From IMG/VR virus record IMGVR_UViG_2693429700_000020: a stretch of 14,388 nucleotides of DNA, one strand, 5' to 3'. Shown here in pieces: positions 1-6,355 of the stretch. The position numbers were made by a program, and so were the translations under genes. Each line of letters opens with the position of its first letter. Position 1 is the stretch's first letter. This stretch comes from a virus. Taxonomy: Duplodnaviria; Heunggongvirae; Uroviricota; Caudoviricetes. The notes under the pieces are model-generated. The model was not told where the DNA came from. It saw only the letters and a list, made by a program, of their open reading frames with translations, and made no database searches.

Positions 1-87
1 CTGTGAGTCATATTCATCCTGACTTTCCAGAACCATACGAATCGCCCGCTGACGGACTTCGGGGGAAAAACGAGTATTTTTAGTCAT
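1..87 (-). CDS. IS3-family transposase OrfA, N-terminal 29 codons (partial at window edge)
   Basis: ATG at 87..85 preceded by a GAGG ribosome-binding site; translation MTKNTRFSPEVRQRAIRMVLESQDEYDSQ matches the recalled N-terminus of IS629/IS1203-type OrfA. Confidence 0.7.
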   Translation of the reverse strand, partial: MTKNTRFSPEVRQRAIRMVLESQDEYDSQ

Positions 88-141
88 CCTGTTTACCTCT
101 TTCTCAGGGAGTTTAGTCTCCAGGATTTCCGGGGCGGTTCA
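1..141 (-). mobile_element. IS3-family insertion sequence (IS629/IS1203-like), terminal 141 bp; element continues beyond the left window edge
   Basis: Reverse complement of 88-141 reads TGAACCGCCCCGGAAATCCTGGAGACTAAACTCCCTGAGAAAGAGGTAAACAGG, a TGA-initiated terminal inverted repeat as I recall it for IS629-like elements, followed by the orfA start. Recalled from memory, not searched. Confidence 0.7.
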
Positions 142-152
142 GCTAAGCGAGC

Positions 153-174
153 AATAACACCGTGACATGTCACA
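153..174. repeat. Copy 1 of a conserved block containing the 12-bp perfect palindrome GTGACATGTCAC (162-173)
   Basis: AATAACACC-GTGACATGTCACA; the same block recurs at 2601-2624. It lies 26 bp from the IS terminus. Confidence 0.8.
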
Positions 175-177
175 AAC

Positions 178-205
178 AGCCAGCCGATGAGCTGGCTTTG
201 TTTTA
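178..205. terminator. Stem-loop AGCCAGC-cgatga-GCTGGCT followed by TTGTTTTAT; possible terminator downstream of terL, direction ambiguous
   Basis: 7-bp inverted repeat with a T-rich tract on the plus-strand side and GTTTGTG on the minus-strand side; sits 50 bp past the terL stop. Confidence 0.3.
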
Positions 206-247
206 TCCTCATCAGAGGATATCAACGACATTATCCCCACCAGCGGA

Positions 248-1723
248 TTAAGCATACGGGTCATAATCTGTGATGGCCTTGCCTTGCTGGTTCTGCTGCC
301 CAGGAATTCGCAGACGCTTCGACACAGGGAACGCAAACGTCAGCAGTAGCGCATCGCCTTTACCCGGCGAACGCCCAAGACGCTCTTTGATATCTTCCTT
401 CGGTTCGATAACGATTTTACCGTCCACACGAACTTTGTACTCTGCCGCCGACAGGTCGTCTGCTGTTTCCTGGTCATCCAGCATGCCGCCCAGCCTCAGC
501 CATGTCTTGCATGAATTGAACATCTCCCCACGCTTGTTGAGCATCTGCGGGTCAGTAGACGCGCCACCGAACGGAACAAGTTGCCATGTACGACCCCATC
601 CGTCACCGATTGACTTCAGACCGGTTCCGTAACCGAAGTCGATGAACACCGCGTCAGCCTGGTACTGGTCTTCAAAGTCAGCGATACGCTTCGCCATAAT
701 CAGATCGTCGGTGGTCTTGTTACCAGTCCATAGCACCTTACTGTGCAGCCCCTGCCGCAGGTATATCACCGCGTCATCAACGCCTGAGTATGCCGGGTCA
801 ACGCCGATTATCACCGGAGCATGTGCAACCTGCGCAGCGGTTACCACCCGTTTCATTGCCTCATCAGTAAGACCGGTAGGGATAAACTGCAATTCAGATG
901 CATCAGGGAATATGCCGCGCACACGGATTTTAACGAAGTCGCTGTCTTCCCCGTAGTCATCAACCCATTTCAGCAACTGCTGTTTGTTAGTGCCTTCCAC
1001 CGTCCGGCTGTCAATCTGCGCACACTTCCAGCGGTGTTTGTACTTGCGGAAACATTCACGGAAACGCCCGGTGTTACGCGTCGGGTTCCCGAACGCCACC
1101 CAGATGATTTCGGTGTCTTCGTCCGTCAGCGCACCCTCTGCTACCTCCCACACCAGATCGGCAATGTTCGACGCTTCATCGAATACCACGATGATGCGTT
1201 TGCGCTCGTTGTGTAGTCCGGCGAATGCCTCAGTGTTGTGCTCAGACCAGGGGATTGCGTCAGCTCGCCACCGCTTGTCGTGCCCAGGATCATTGCTGTA
1301 CATCGCGGTAGCGGTACAGGTAAACCAGTCTTTCGTGATAGCAAGGTTCGACCACTTGATAATTTCCGGCCAGGTCTTCGTTCGTAGCTGGTTGTCGGTG
1401 TTGGCGGTCACCACGACCTTACAATCCTCGCAGGTGGACATGCCCCAGTTGATCAGCATTGAGATGAATGCGGATTTACCAATACCGTGACCAGAAGCGC
1501 GTGCCAGCATAAGCGGCTGATAGCGCGTCTCTGGATTCTGCAGGTGATCACGTATCTCTCGGAACGCATCAGCCTGCCACTGACGTGGGCCGGTGGCATG
1601 TGCCAGTTCAGTCCCCTCTTCCCCCCACGGGAACGCATAGAGAGCATAGCCAAGCGGATCGTGAGTGAACCCTGCAATATCCTCGATCAACTGCTCTTCA
1701 GGAGATAACGCTGTATCTGTCAC
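248..1723 (-). CDS. terL: Phage terminase large subunit
   Basis: 491-aa ORF with a Walker A-like ARASGHGIGKS motif and terminase ATPase/nuclease-like layout; GTG start at 1723..1721 overlaps the terS stop (GTGA) and has an AGGATGG ribosome-binding site. Confidence 0.88.
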   Translation of the reverse strand: MTDTALSPEEQLIEDIAGFTHDPLGYALYAFPWGEEGTELAHATGPRQWQADAFREIRDHLQNPETRYQPLMLARASGHGIGKSAFISMLINWGMSTCEDCKVVVTANTDNQLRTKTWPEIIKWSNLAITKDWFTCTATAMYSNDPGHDKRWRADAIPWSEHNTEAFAGLHNERKRIIVVFDEASNIADLVWEVAEGALTDEDTEIIWVAFGNPTRNTGRFRECFRKYKHRWKCAQIDSRTVEGTNKQQLLKWVDDYGEDSDFVKIRVRGIFPDASELQFIPTGLTDEAMKRVVTAAQVAHAPVIIGVDPAYSGVDDAVIYLRQGLHSKVLWTGNKTTDDLIMAKRIADFEDQYQADAVFIDFGYGTGLKSIGDGWGRTWQLVPFGGASTDPQMLNKRGEMFNSCKTWLRLGGMLDDQETADDLSAAEYKVRVDGKIVIEPKEDIKERLGRSPGKGDALLLTFAFPVSKRLRIPGQQNQQGKAITDYDPYA

Positions 1724-2316
1724 TGATTACCATCCTGACGTTCTTTGAGTCGCTTCCTGGCTGCCGCTATGCGATCAGCAATTGTCACATTCACATTAAC
1801 ATCCAGGCGTTCTTTGAACGCGTTGACATCAACATGCTTACCAATCAGCTCAAGGTTCTTCACCTTGTCAGGCCATTTAATTTTTTTGAGGATTGTCTCT
1901 ATCGAATCCTCGTTCATGTTCATGATGGTCGATGACAGATCAAAGCCACTAAGCGTAGTGCGCCAGATTTTCGGCCACTCACGGATAGGTTTAAGGCTCC
2001 CATCGTCGTTGAGGATGTCGATCACGTCCATCTGGTCGATCTCCACTAGGCGCATGAGAACGTAATCAGCACTGACGCGCATTCGTTTGTTGCGCTCCTC
2101 CATCAACTCGGCAATCCGTTTTTGAATGCGTTCATCGCGCATCATGACACTGGCTTTAACTGCCGCTGTATTTGGGGAGAATCCTGCGTTAATCGCTGCC
2201 TGAGTCTGGTTTTCAGGCGTTTTGATGTATGACTGGCAATAAGCCTCCTGCATTGCTGTGAGCGGCTTAAATTGCGTTGATTTGCGTTTATAGGTTTTAG
2301 GTTCAGCAGGCATCAT
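1720..2316 (-). CDS. terS: Phage terminase small subunit (Terminase_2-like)
   Basis: Translation from the ATG pair at 2316/2313 (MMPAEPKTYKRK...LTAMQEAYCQSYIKTPENQTQAAINAGFSPNTAAVKASVMMRDERIQKRIAELMEE) matches the recalled small-terminase pattern. The 26 codons upstream in the track ORF are the translation of operator repeats and are not believed to be coding. GGTGG ribosome-binding site before the ATG. Confidence 0.8.
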   Translation of the reverse strand: MMPAEPKTYKRKSTQFKPLTAMQEAYCQSYIKTPENQTQAAINAGFSPNTAAVKASVMMRDERIQKRIAELMEERNKRMRVSADYVLMRLVEIDQMDVIDILNDDGSLKPIREWPKIWRTTLSGFDLSSTIMNMNEDSIETILKKIKWPDKVKNLELIGKHVDVNAFKERLDVNVNVTIADRIAAARKRLKERQDGNQ

Positions 2317-2348
2317 AACCACCGTGGTAATAGTTACCGTTGTGGTAA
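2316..2348. promoter_or_regulatory. Two adjacent operator-like palindromes (TAACC-accgt-GGTAA 2316-2330; TTACC-gttgt-GGTAA 2334-2348) abutting the terS start codon
   Basis: Same 15-bp TTACC-N5-GGTAA palindrome as in the immunity region; centres 18 bp apart; the first overlaps the terS ATG. Confidence 0.6.
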
Positions 2349-2354
2349 TAGTAA

Positions 2355-2386
2355 CATGCAAAATAAAGCCGCCATAGTTGGCGGCA
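2355..2386 (-). terminator. Rho-independent terminator after the 2391-2618 ORF, immediately before the terS operator sites
   Basis: Minus-strand reading gives GCCGCCA-acta-TGGCGGC followed by TTTATTTTG. Confidence 0.65.
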
Positions 2387-2390
2387 GTAT

Positions 2391-2618
2391 TCAAAGTCCA
2401 TCAAATTCATCGTAAAAACTCTCGTCAAGATACCCTTCCCATTTACCGCGAATGAAAATTACATCCTCGCCGCAAGGGTGCTGACTGTCGATAACTATAT
2501 CCCTCCTGGCGCAACCATACTTATGCATGAGAAATTTAACCTCTTTCGGAAAATTTGCTGAGTTATCTCTCATATCTTCAAGGTCGTAGCGTATTTTTGG
2601 CATAACACCTCGTGACAT
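2391..2618 (-). CDS. Hypothetical small protein (70-75 aa); start ambiguous between ATG 2618 and ATG 2603
   Basis: The ATG at 2618..2616 sits at the centre of the GTGACATGTCAC palindrome; the ATG at 2603..2601 is preceded by GAGGTG. No family recognised. Confidence 0.45.
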   Translation of the reverse strand: MSRGVMPKIRYDLEDMRDNSANFPKEVKFLMHKYGCARRDIVIDSQHPCGEDVIFIRGKWEGYLDESFYDEFDGL

Positions 2619-2624
2619 GTCACA
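2601..2624. repeat. Copy 2 of the conserved block with the 12-bp perfect palindrome GTGACATGTCAC (2612-2623)
   Basis: CATAACACCTC-GTGACATGTCACA; overlaps the stop codon of the 2620-2958 gene and the first ATG of the 2391-2618 ORF. Confidence 0.8.
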
Positions 2625-2958
2625 CTATTAATTTCGTTTCATGCCAACCTTTGGTCACCCAGCATTGCGAGTCACCATTACACGGGCATGAATTCACAGG
2701 AACTCTCTCGCCGCACTTACCGCAACGTTTTCTGCTGATCGATTTTATACGCCCGCGCACGCGTGCATCATCCTGGCGGATCAGTAACGCTATATACTCA
2801 CCAAATTCGTAAGGCGCACGCCCGGGGCGACGCGTGGCACAGTTACGCTCCAGCATTTCAATTTCCTGAGCATCAAGCACAATTTCCAGCTTACGCACAC
2901 CAGATGCAGCTTGTCTGGCTCTCTGAGCGGCTTTGCGCTCTGATGCTGATTTAGCCAT
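2620..2958 (-). CDS. Hypothetical basic protein with C-terminal Cys cluster (CGKCG...CPCNG...C), possible zinc-ribbon DNA-binding regulator
   Basis: ATG at 2958..2956 (the track ORF begins one codon earlier at TTG 2961); Lys/Arg-rich N-terminus and CxxC / CxC / C motifs. No confident family assignment. Confidence 0.5.
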   Translation of the reverse strand: MAKSASERKAAQRARQAASGVRKLEIVLDAQEIEMLERNCATRRPGRAPYEFGEYIALLIRQDDARVRGRIKSISRKRCGKCGERVPVNSCPCNGDSQCWVTKGWHETKLIV

Positions 2959-3232
2959 CAATATTTACCTTTATCGCGAACACTTTTACCGGTTTATCAC
3001 CGAAGTGGGGGTGTGTGATTGTTTTCACTTCATATCCTCCATACGGAACATCAATTCTGCAACTGGAGTCGTCGCGCTTCGGATATCCCTTTGTGATAAT
3101 CAGGCGGTCATACTCCCGGAACATAATTCGCTTATTCCAGTAGTCATTACACAGGCGATACTCCTCGGTTTTCTCGCCACGAATCATGGCATCGAAGTAT
3201 TCACCTTTTACGGCAAGTTGCAGGTTAGCCAC
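2951..3232 (-). CDS. ASCH/PUA-like domain protein (DUF3850-like)
   Basis: GTG start at 3232 preceded by AGGAGG; N-terminal LQLAVKGEYFDAMIRGEKTEEYR resembles the ASCH signature as I recall it. Confidence 0.5.
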   Translation of the reverse strand: MANLQLAVKGEYFDAMIRGEKTEEYRLCNDYWNKRIMFREYDRLIITKGYPKRDDSSCRIDVPYGGYEVKTITHPHFGDKPVKVFAIKVNIDG

Positions 3233-3509
3233 GACCTTCCTCCTTTGGCTTGTGAATTTGTATCGTCATGCCGCTTTGAGTGGTGACTACAATGACAGAA
3301 CCAGGCTGAAGGCTGTTAAGATTGAATGCTTCGTAAAACGAATCCAATGCCAGTGCTTTTTTATTCTTTCGGTTCCACCAACGCCATCCCTTGCTACAGG
3401 CTACACTGACAATCCACTGCCCACTCCTGTAAGCCATATAAAACCAGATGAGCAAAACCTGAAGGAAGGCCATCCAGTCAATAATCGTATATTTCGCGAA
3501 GGAGTCCAT
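3225..3509 (-). CDS. Small predicted membrane protein (about 94 aa)
   Basis: ATG at 3509..3507 overlaps the stop of the upstream gene (ATGA-type coupling); hydrophobic segment IIDWMAFLQVLLIWFYMAY. The track ORF 3225-3656 extends further upstream in-frame, but that extension overlaps the preceding gene. Confidence 0.5.
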   Translation of the reverse strand: MDSFAKYTIIDWMAFLQVLLIWFYMAYRSGQWIVSVACSKGWRWWNRKNKKALALDSFYEAFNLNSLQPGSVIVVTTQSGMTIQIHKPKEEGRG

Positions 3510-4309
3510 CAATTCACCTCCTGCGGCGGTTCTGGTAGCGGCATCCAGAACAAGACGTTCCCTAACCACGATAAAGTGCCGTCGCTCAACTCCACGTATT
3601 CCCCTTGTACCTGTCCTGCCATATACTCGCCGTGCTTTGAATAAATTAAAATCCAATCATCTTGAGCGGGCATTCGCTCACTACAGCTTATCCAACCATC
3701 CTGAGTTACCGGAGAGTTGCCATTTACATCGAAGTTTGGCTCTGCGTCCTGAACCAGGAGGATGTAACCATTCTTGGCAGTATCAAGTTCTAACGCCTCG
3801 GTGACGGTGCCGAAATAGCGATTACCTAAATCAGCATCACAAGTGCTTACATCAATGGAAACTTCCATGCCTTCGATTAATTCTGGCAAGTTGTAAGTTT
3901 GGCTTACAGGTTGGCTACCCTGACGCATGGCAGCGTGGCAGGCATCCTCTACGCCCTTAACTGCATCTGCGCAGTAGTTATAGCGATTGCATTCCACTAA
4001 TTTCTGCTTGAAGTTTTCAATTGCTAACTCGATTTCATCCGGCACTACCGGCTCTGGTTGGATAGTGACGTTGGCAAAGGCAGCACGCAAACCGGCCTTA
4101 ATTTCCTCTACTTCATCAGCGCCTAGCGATGAATCTGACAATGCGTGATGGAATGCGTATGCCATGTCGTCGTTTACTGCAACCGGCTCTGCTTCCAGCG
4201 ACGCCAGAGCAATTTCATAAGCACGACGCTCAATATTGTCTCGCACGTCCAGGCTGCCTATGCGCTCTTTGATTTCTTTAATCAGTTCTTTGTCGGTAAA
4301 AGTGGTCAT
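3509..4309 (-). CDS. Ea22-like N-terminal region fused to a DUF551-like C-terminal domain
   Basis: ATG at 4309 with AGGAG ribosome-binding site; N-terminus shares the SLEAEPV motif with the 4585-5061 paralog; C-terminus has WISCSERMP...WMPLPEPP, typical of DUF551 prophage proteins as recalled. Confidence 0.6.
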   Translation of the reverse strand: MTTFTDKELIKEIKERIGSLDVRDNIERRAYEIALASLEAEPVAVNDDMAYAFHHALSDSSLGADEVEEIKAGLRAAFANVTIQPEPVVPDEIELAIENFKQKLVECNRYNYCADAVKGVEDACHAAMRQGSQPVSQTYNLPELIEGMEVSIDVSTCDADLGNRYFGTVTEALELDTAKNGYILLVQDAEPNFDVNGNSPVTQDGWISCSERMPAQDDWILIYSKHGEYMAGQVQGEYVELSDGTLSWLGNVLFWMPLPEPPQEVN

Positions 4310-4319
4310 GTGTTACTCC

Positions 4320-4583
4320 TTAACCCGCAGTGCTTTCAACTGACGAGGGGAATAAAATCGTTTCATCAAATCCGGCATTCATATCATGAACAGCAGCACA
4401 CCAATCCATTGACGAACGATTATCAAGAGCCTCCATGATTTCATCCATGCGGCGTAGGTCATACAGGTAAATGTTTTTATCGCCAATGGTGTAAAAGCCA
4501 ATTTTTTTCGGCGATGGACAGCGATCAAGAACGTCCTGTAAGTCGTTCAACCATGCCCGTTCTTTTTTTGTCAAAGTTGTCAT
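4320..4583 (-). CDS. Hypothetical phage protein (87 aa)
   Basis: ATG at 4583 with AGGAGAG ribosome-binding site; tightly packed in the operon; no family recognised. Confidence 0.5.
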   Translation of the reverse strand: MTTLTKKERAWLNDLQDVLDRCPSPKKIGFYTIGDKNIYLYDLRRMDEIMEALDNRSSMDWCAAVHDMNAGFDETILFPSSVESTAG

Positions 4584-4584
4584 A

Positions 4585-5061
4585 TCACTCTCCTTTGATG
4601 CCTATATTTACAGCCAGGCAAGCTTCTTCGAGCACCCAGTCAACAGCGTCTTTCCACGCACCAGTCCCAACTGGCGGATTCTCATTTTTTACCTGCTCAT
4701 AAAAACGCACCGCTTTAACCAGTCCTTCAGGCACTACAGGTACTGGCAAGGCAGCGTGACAGTAGAGTGGCATAGTTTTGTACAGGGGGGCGCCAGGACT
4801 TCCGTCAACCTGATTCCATTCTTCAACCCAGGCATCAACAACCGCTTTGCTGGTTGATACATGTTCTTCTGAATCTACATTTTGTCCTGATATACAGAAC
4901 ATAACTGGCTCTGCTTCCAGTGATGCGTCCAATACATCAAGCAATGCCAGTACAACCTCCGGCGTAGCCGCAGCATGAAAAGCCTGTAGGTTCTGCCACG
5001 TCGTCTCCTCCTTCGCGACCTCTGCCGCCTCTCGCAGTGCCTGATAGTCAATCTTGCTCAC
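4585..5061 (-). CDS. Ead/Ea22-like family protein
   Basis: GTG start at 5061 with AGGAGG ribosome-binding site; N-terminus MSKIDYQALREAAE... and PEVVLALLDVLD match the recalled Ead/Ea22-like pattern. Confidence 0.6.
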   Translation of the reverse strand: MSKIDYQALREAAEVAKEETTWQNLQAFHAAATPEVVLALLDVLDASLEAEPVMFCISGQNVDSEEHVSTSKAVVDAWVEEWNQVDGSPGAPLYKTMPLYCHAALPVPVVPEGLVKAVRFYEQVKNENPPVGTGAWKDAVDWVLEEACLAVNIGIKGE

Positions 5062-5302
5062 TGGTTGCCTCCTGCTTTTCTGCCTTCAACACCATGCGAG
5101 AACCATCATCCAGCTCCCACGCGATCTCACCACCTTCAGCCATGACCAGTCGCCACACCAATTGAGCAGCCTCATTGGTAACATCACGACCTGGATCATT
5201 GCCAACGCGCATACGTCCACCTTCAACATCGCGCATTTTTGCCAGCATGATAGTTTTTGATAGCGGTGAAAAACCAAGCTGTAGTCGTGCTGAATTACTC
5301 AC
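5048..5302 (-). CDS. Hypothetical phage protein (84 aa)
   Basis: GTG start at 5302 with the same AGGAGGCAACCAGTGAG initiation region as the 4585-5061 gene; overlaps the neighbouring stop. Confidence 0.45.
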   Translation of the reverse strand: MSNSARLQLGFSPLSKTIMLAKMRDVEGGRMRVGNDPGRDVTNEAAQLVWRLVMAEGGEIAWELDDGSRMVLKAEKQEATSEQD

Positions 5303-5832
5303 TGGTTGCCTCCTTTGCGAAGCTCAGCGGCGAAGGCTACTGCGTGATCATGATGTTCAAGTGTGTATGCGCACTCAGCAAACATCTCCACGCCCTGCGC
5401 TCGTACTTCAGCCAGGAAAGCGTCGGTGGCTGGGGTGTCTGATTGCAGAGACTTTGCGCGATAGTCATTCCACCCTCTTGCATACATGGGATTAACTTGC
5501 ACTCCATCTTTTACGCAATATGCCTGCCCTCCACGGTTGATAACCTTGATTTCGTCCATAGCGCCAGACTTCAGCCCCGCATTCTCCGCCGCCAGCGCTG
5601 AAAACTTCTCGTGTGCCAACTTAACAGCTGCATCAGCCTGCTTAATTGACTCAATCGCTTTCTGCTGGTCTTCGGCCAGCGCATTAGCACGCACCAGTTG
5701 CACTTCCAGTTGCGTTGCCAAATCGCTGATCAGCTTTGCCACACTACGCATATCAACGGCACCACATTCTGCTTTCAGTTCCGAAGCCATCTCATGCCCG
5801 GCGGAAACTAACCCTTTGATATTACTTTCCAT
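5299..5832 (-). CDS. Coiled-coil phage protein, possibly Ea22-like
   Basis: ATG at 5832 with GAGGG ribosome-binding site; Ala/Glu/Lys-rich helical N-terminal half plus a globular C-terminal half. Confidence 0.45.
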   Translation of the reverse strand: MESNIKGLVSAGHEMASELKAECGAVDMRSVAKLISDLATQLEVQLVRANALAEDQQKAIESIKQADAAVKLAHEKFSALAAENAGLKSGAMDEIKVINRGGQAYCVKDGVQVNPMYARGWNDYRAKSLQSDTPATDAFLAEVRAQGVEMFAECAYTLEHHDHAVAFAAELRKGGNQ

Positions 5833-5893
5833 CTTTACCCTCGCTTATCCACATAACTTATTGATTACATTGATAACTAAAAAGATCGTCGAT

Positions 5894-6238
5894 TCAGAAC
5901 TCTTCGATGTTCCAGCCACCACCTGCTTTCTTTGGTTTAACCGTTACCCCGATGATTCGGAACGGATATTGATCTGCGGCGACTTTGGTTTTCACCCTGG
6001 CGTCGTCGGTCCAGAAACCTTTCACTTCGTGCAGTTCCATCTCGCCGGTGGCGAGCATCACAGCAAAATCGGGCGTATAGAACGTGTTGTCAGCTAACCG
6101 CAGCTTGAGACCCTCGAATCGATACCAGGCGATTTCCCCTGCACGTTTACGCTGCTCAAGGTGCTGGCAATACGCAGATTCTGTTTTGTTCATCTGGCCT
6201 GTTTTGAGTCGACCAAGAGCCTGTATCTGTTTTCTCAT
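5894..6238 (-). CDS. DUF1064-like protein (PD-(D/E)xK-like fold)
   Basis: ATG at 6238; motifs TPDF ... ELHEVKG fit the DUF1064 pattern as recalled; first gene after the internal operator-flanked promoter. Confidence 0.55.
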   Translation of the reverse strand: MRKQIQALGRLKTGQMNKTESAYCQHLEQRKRAGEIAWYRFEGLKLRLADNTFYTPDFAVMLATGEMELHEVKGFWTDDARVKTKVAADQYPFRIIGVTVKPKKAGGGWNIEEF

Positions 6239-6241
6239 GAT

Positions 6242-6318
6242 TTACCCCTGAGGTAATTAAAAACCACATAAGACACGAAATCAATAGATTTTAGTATATT
6301 TTATTACCCACCAGGTAA
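6242..6318 (-). promoter_or_regulatory. Internal promoter flanked by two perfect operators (TTACCCCTGAGGTAA 6242-6256; TTACCCACCAGGTAA 6304-6318)
   Basis: Minus-strand -35 TTGATT (6284..6279), 17-bp spacer, -10 TTTAAT (6261..6256); operator centres 62 bp apart, the same geometry as the early promoter at 9347-9423. Confidence 0.6.
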
Positions 6319-6330
6319 TCATCTAGACGT

Positions 6331-6350
6331 AAAAAAATGCGCTATCGCGC
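6331..6350 (-). terminator. Weak candidate terminator after the P-like gene (GCGC-gata-GCGC stem followed by seven U)
   Basis: Minus-strand CAGCGCGATAGCGCATTTTTTTAC; the stem is only 4-5 bp, so low confidence. Confidence 0.3.
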
Positions 6351-6355
6351 TGGTA

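Noticed and set aside
162-173. GTGACATGTCAC considered as a LexA (SOS) box
   Set aside because: The LexA consensus is CTGT-N8-ACAG; this palindrome has different spacing and half-site sequence.
139-336. 65-aa minus-strand ORF from the supplied track
   Set aside because: It runs from the terL 3-prime region across the palindrome into the IS terminus; it is a junction artefact, not an original gene.
270-1708. Plus-strand ORFs (270-632, 642-956, 821-1216, 984-1490, 1487-1708) and minus-strand ORFs 1141-1344 and 1453-1677 inside terL
   Set aside because: They lie antisense or out of frame within a well-supported terminase gene and have no ribosome-binding sites or recognisable domains.
2317-2394. 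N-terminal 26-codon extension of the terS track ORF (VTITTTVTITTVV repeat)
   Set aside because: The repetitive peptide is the translation of the operator repeats; the ATG pair at 2316/2313 with a ribosome-binding site is the more plausible start.
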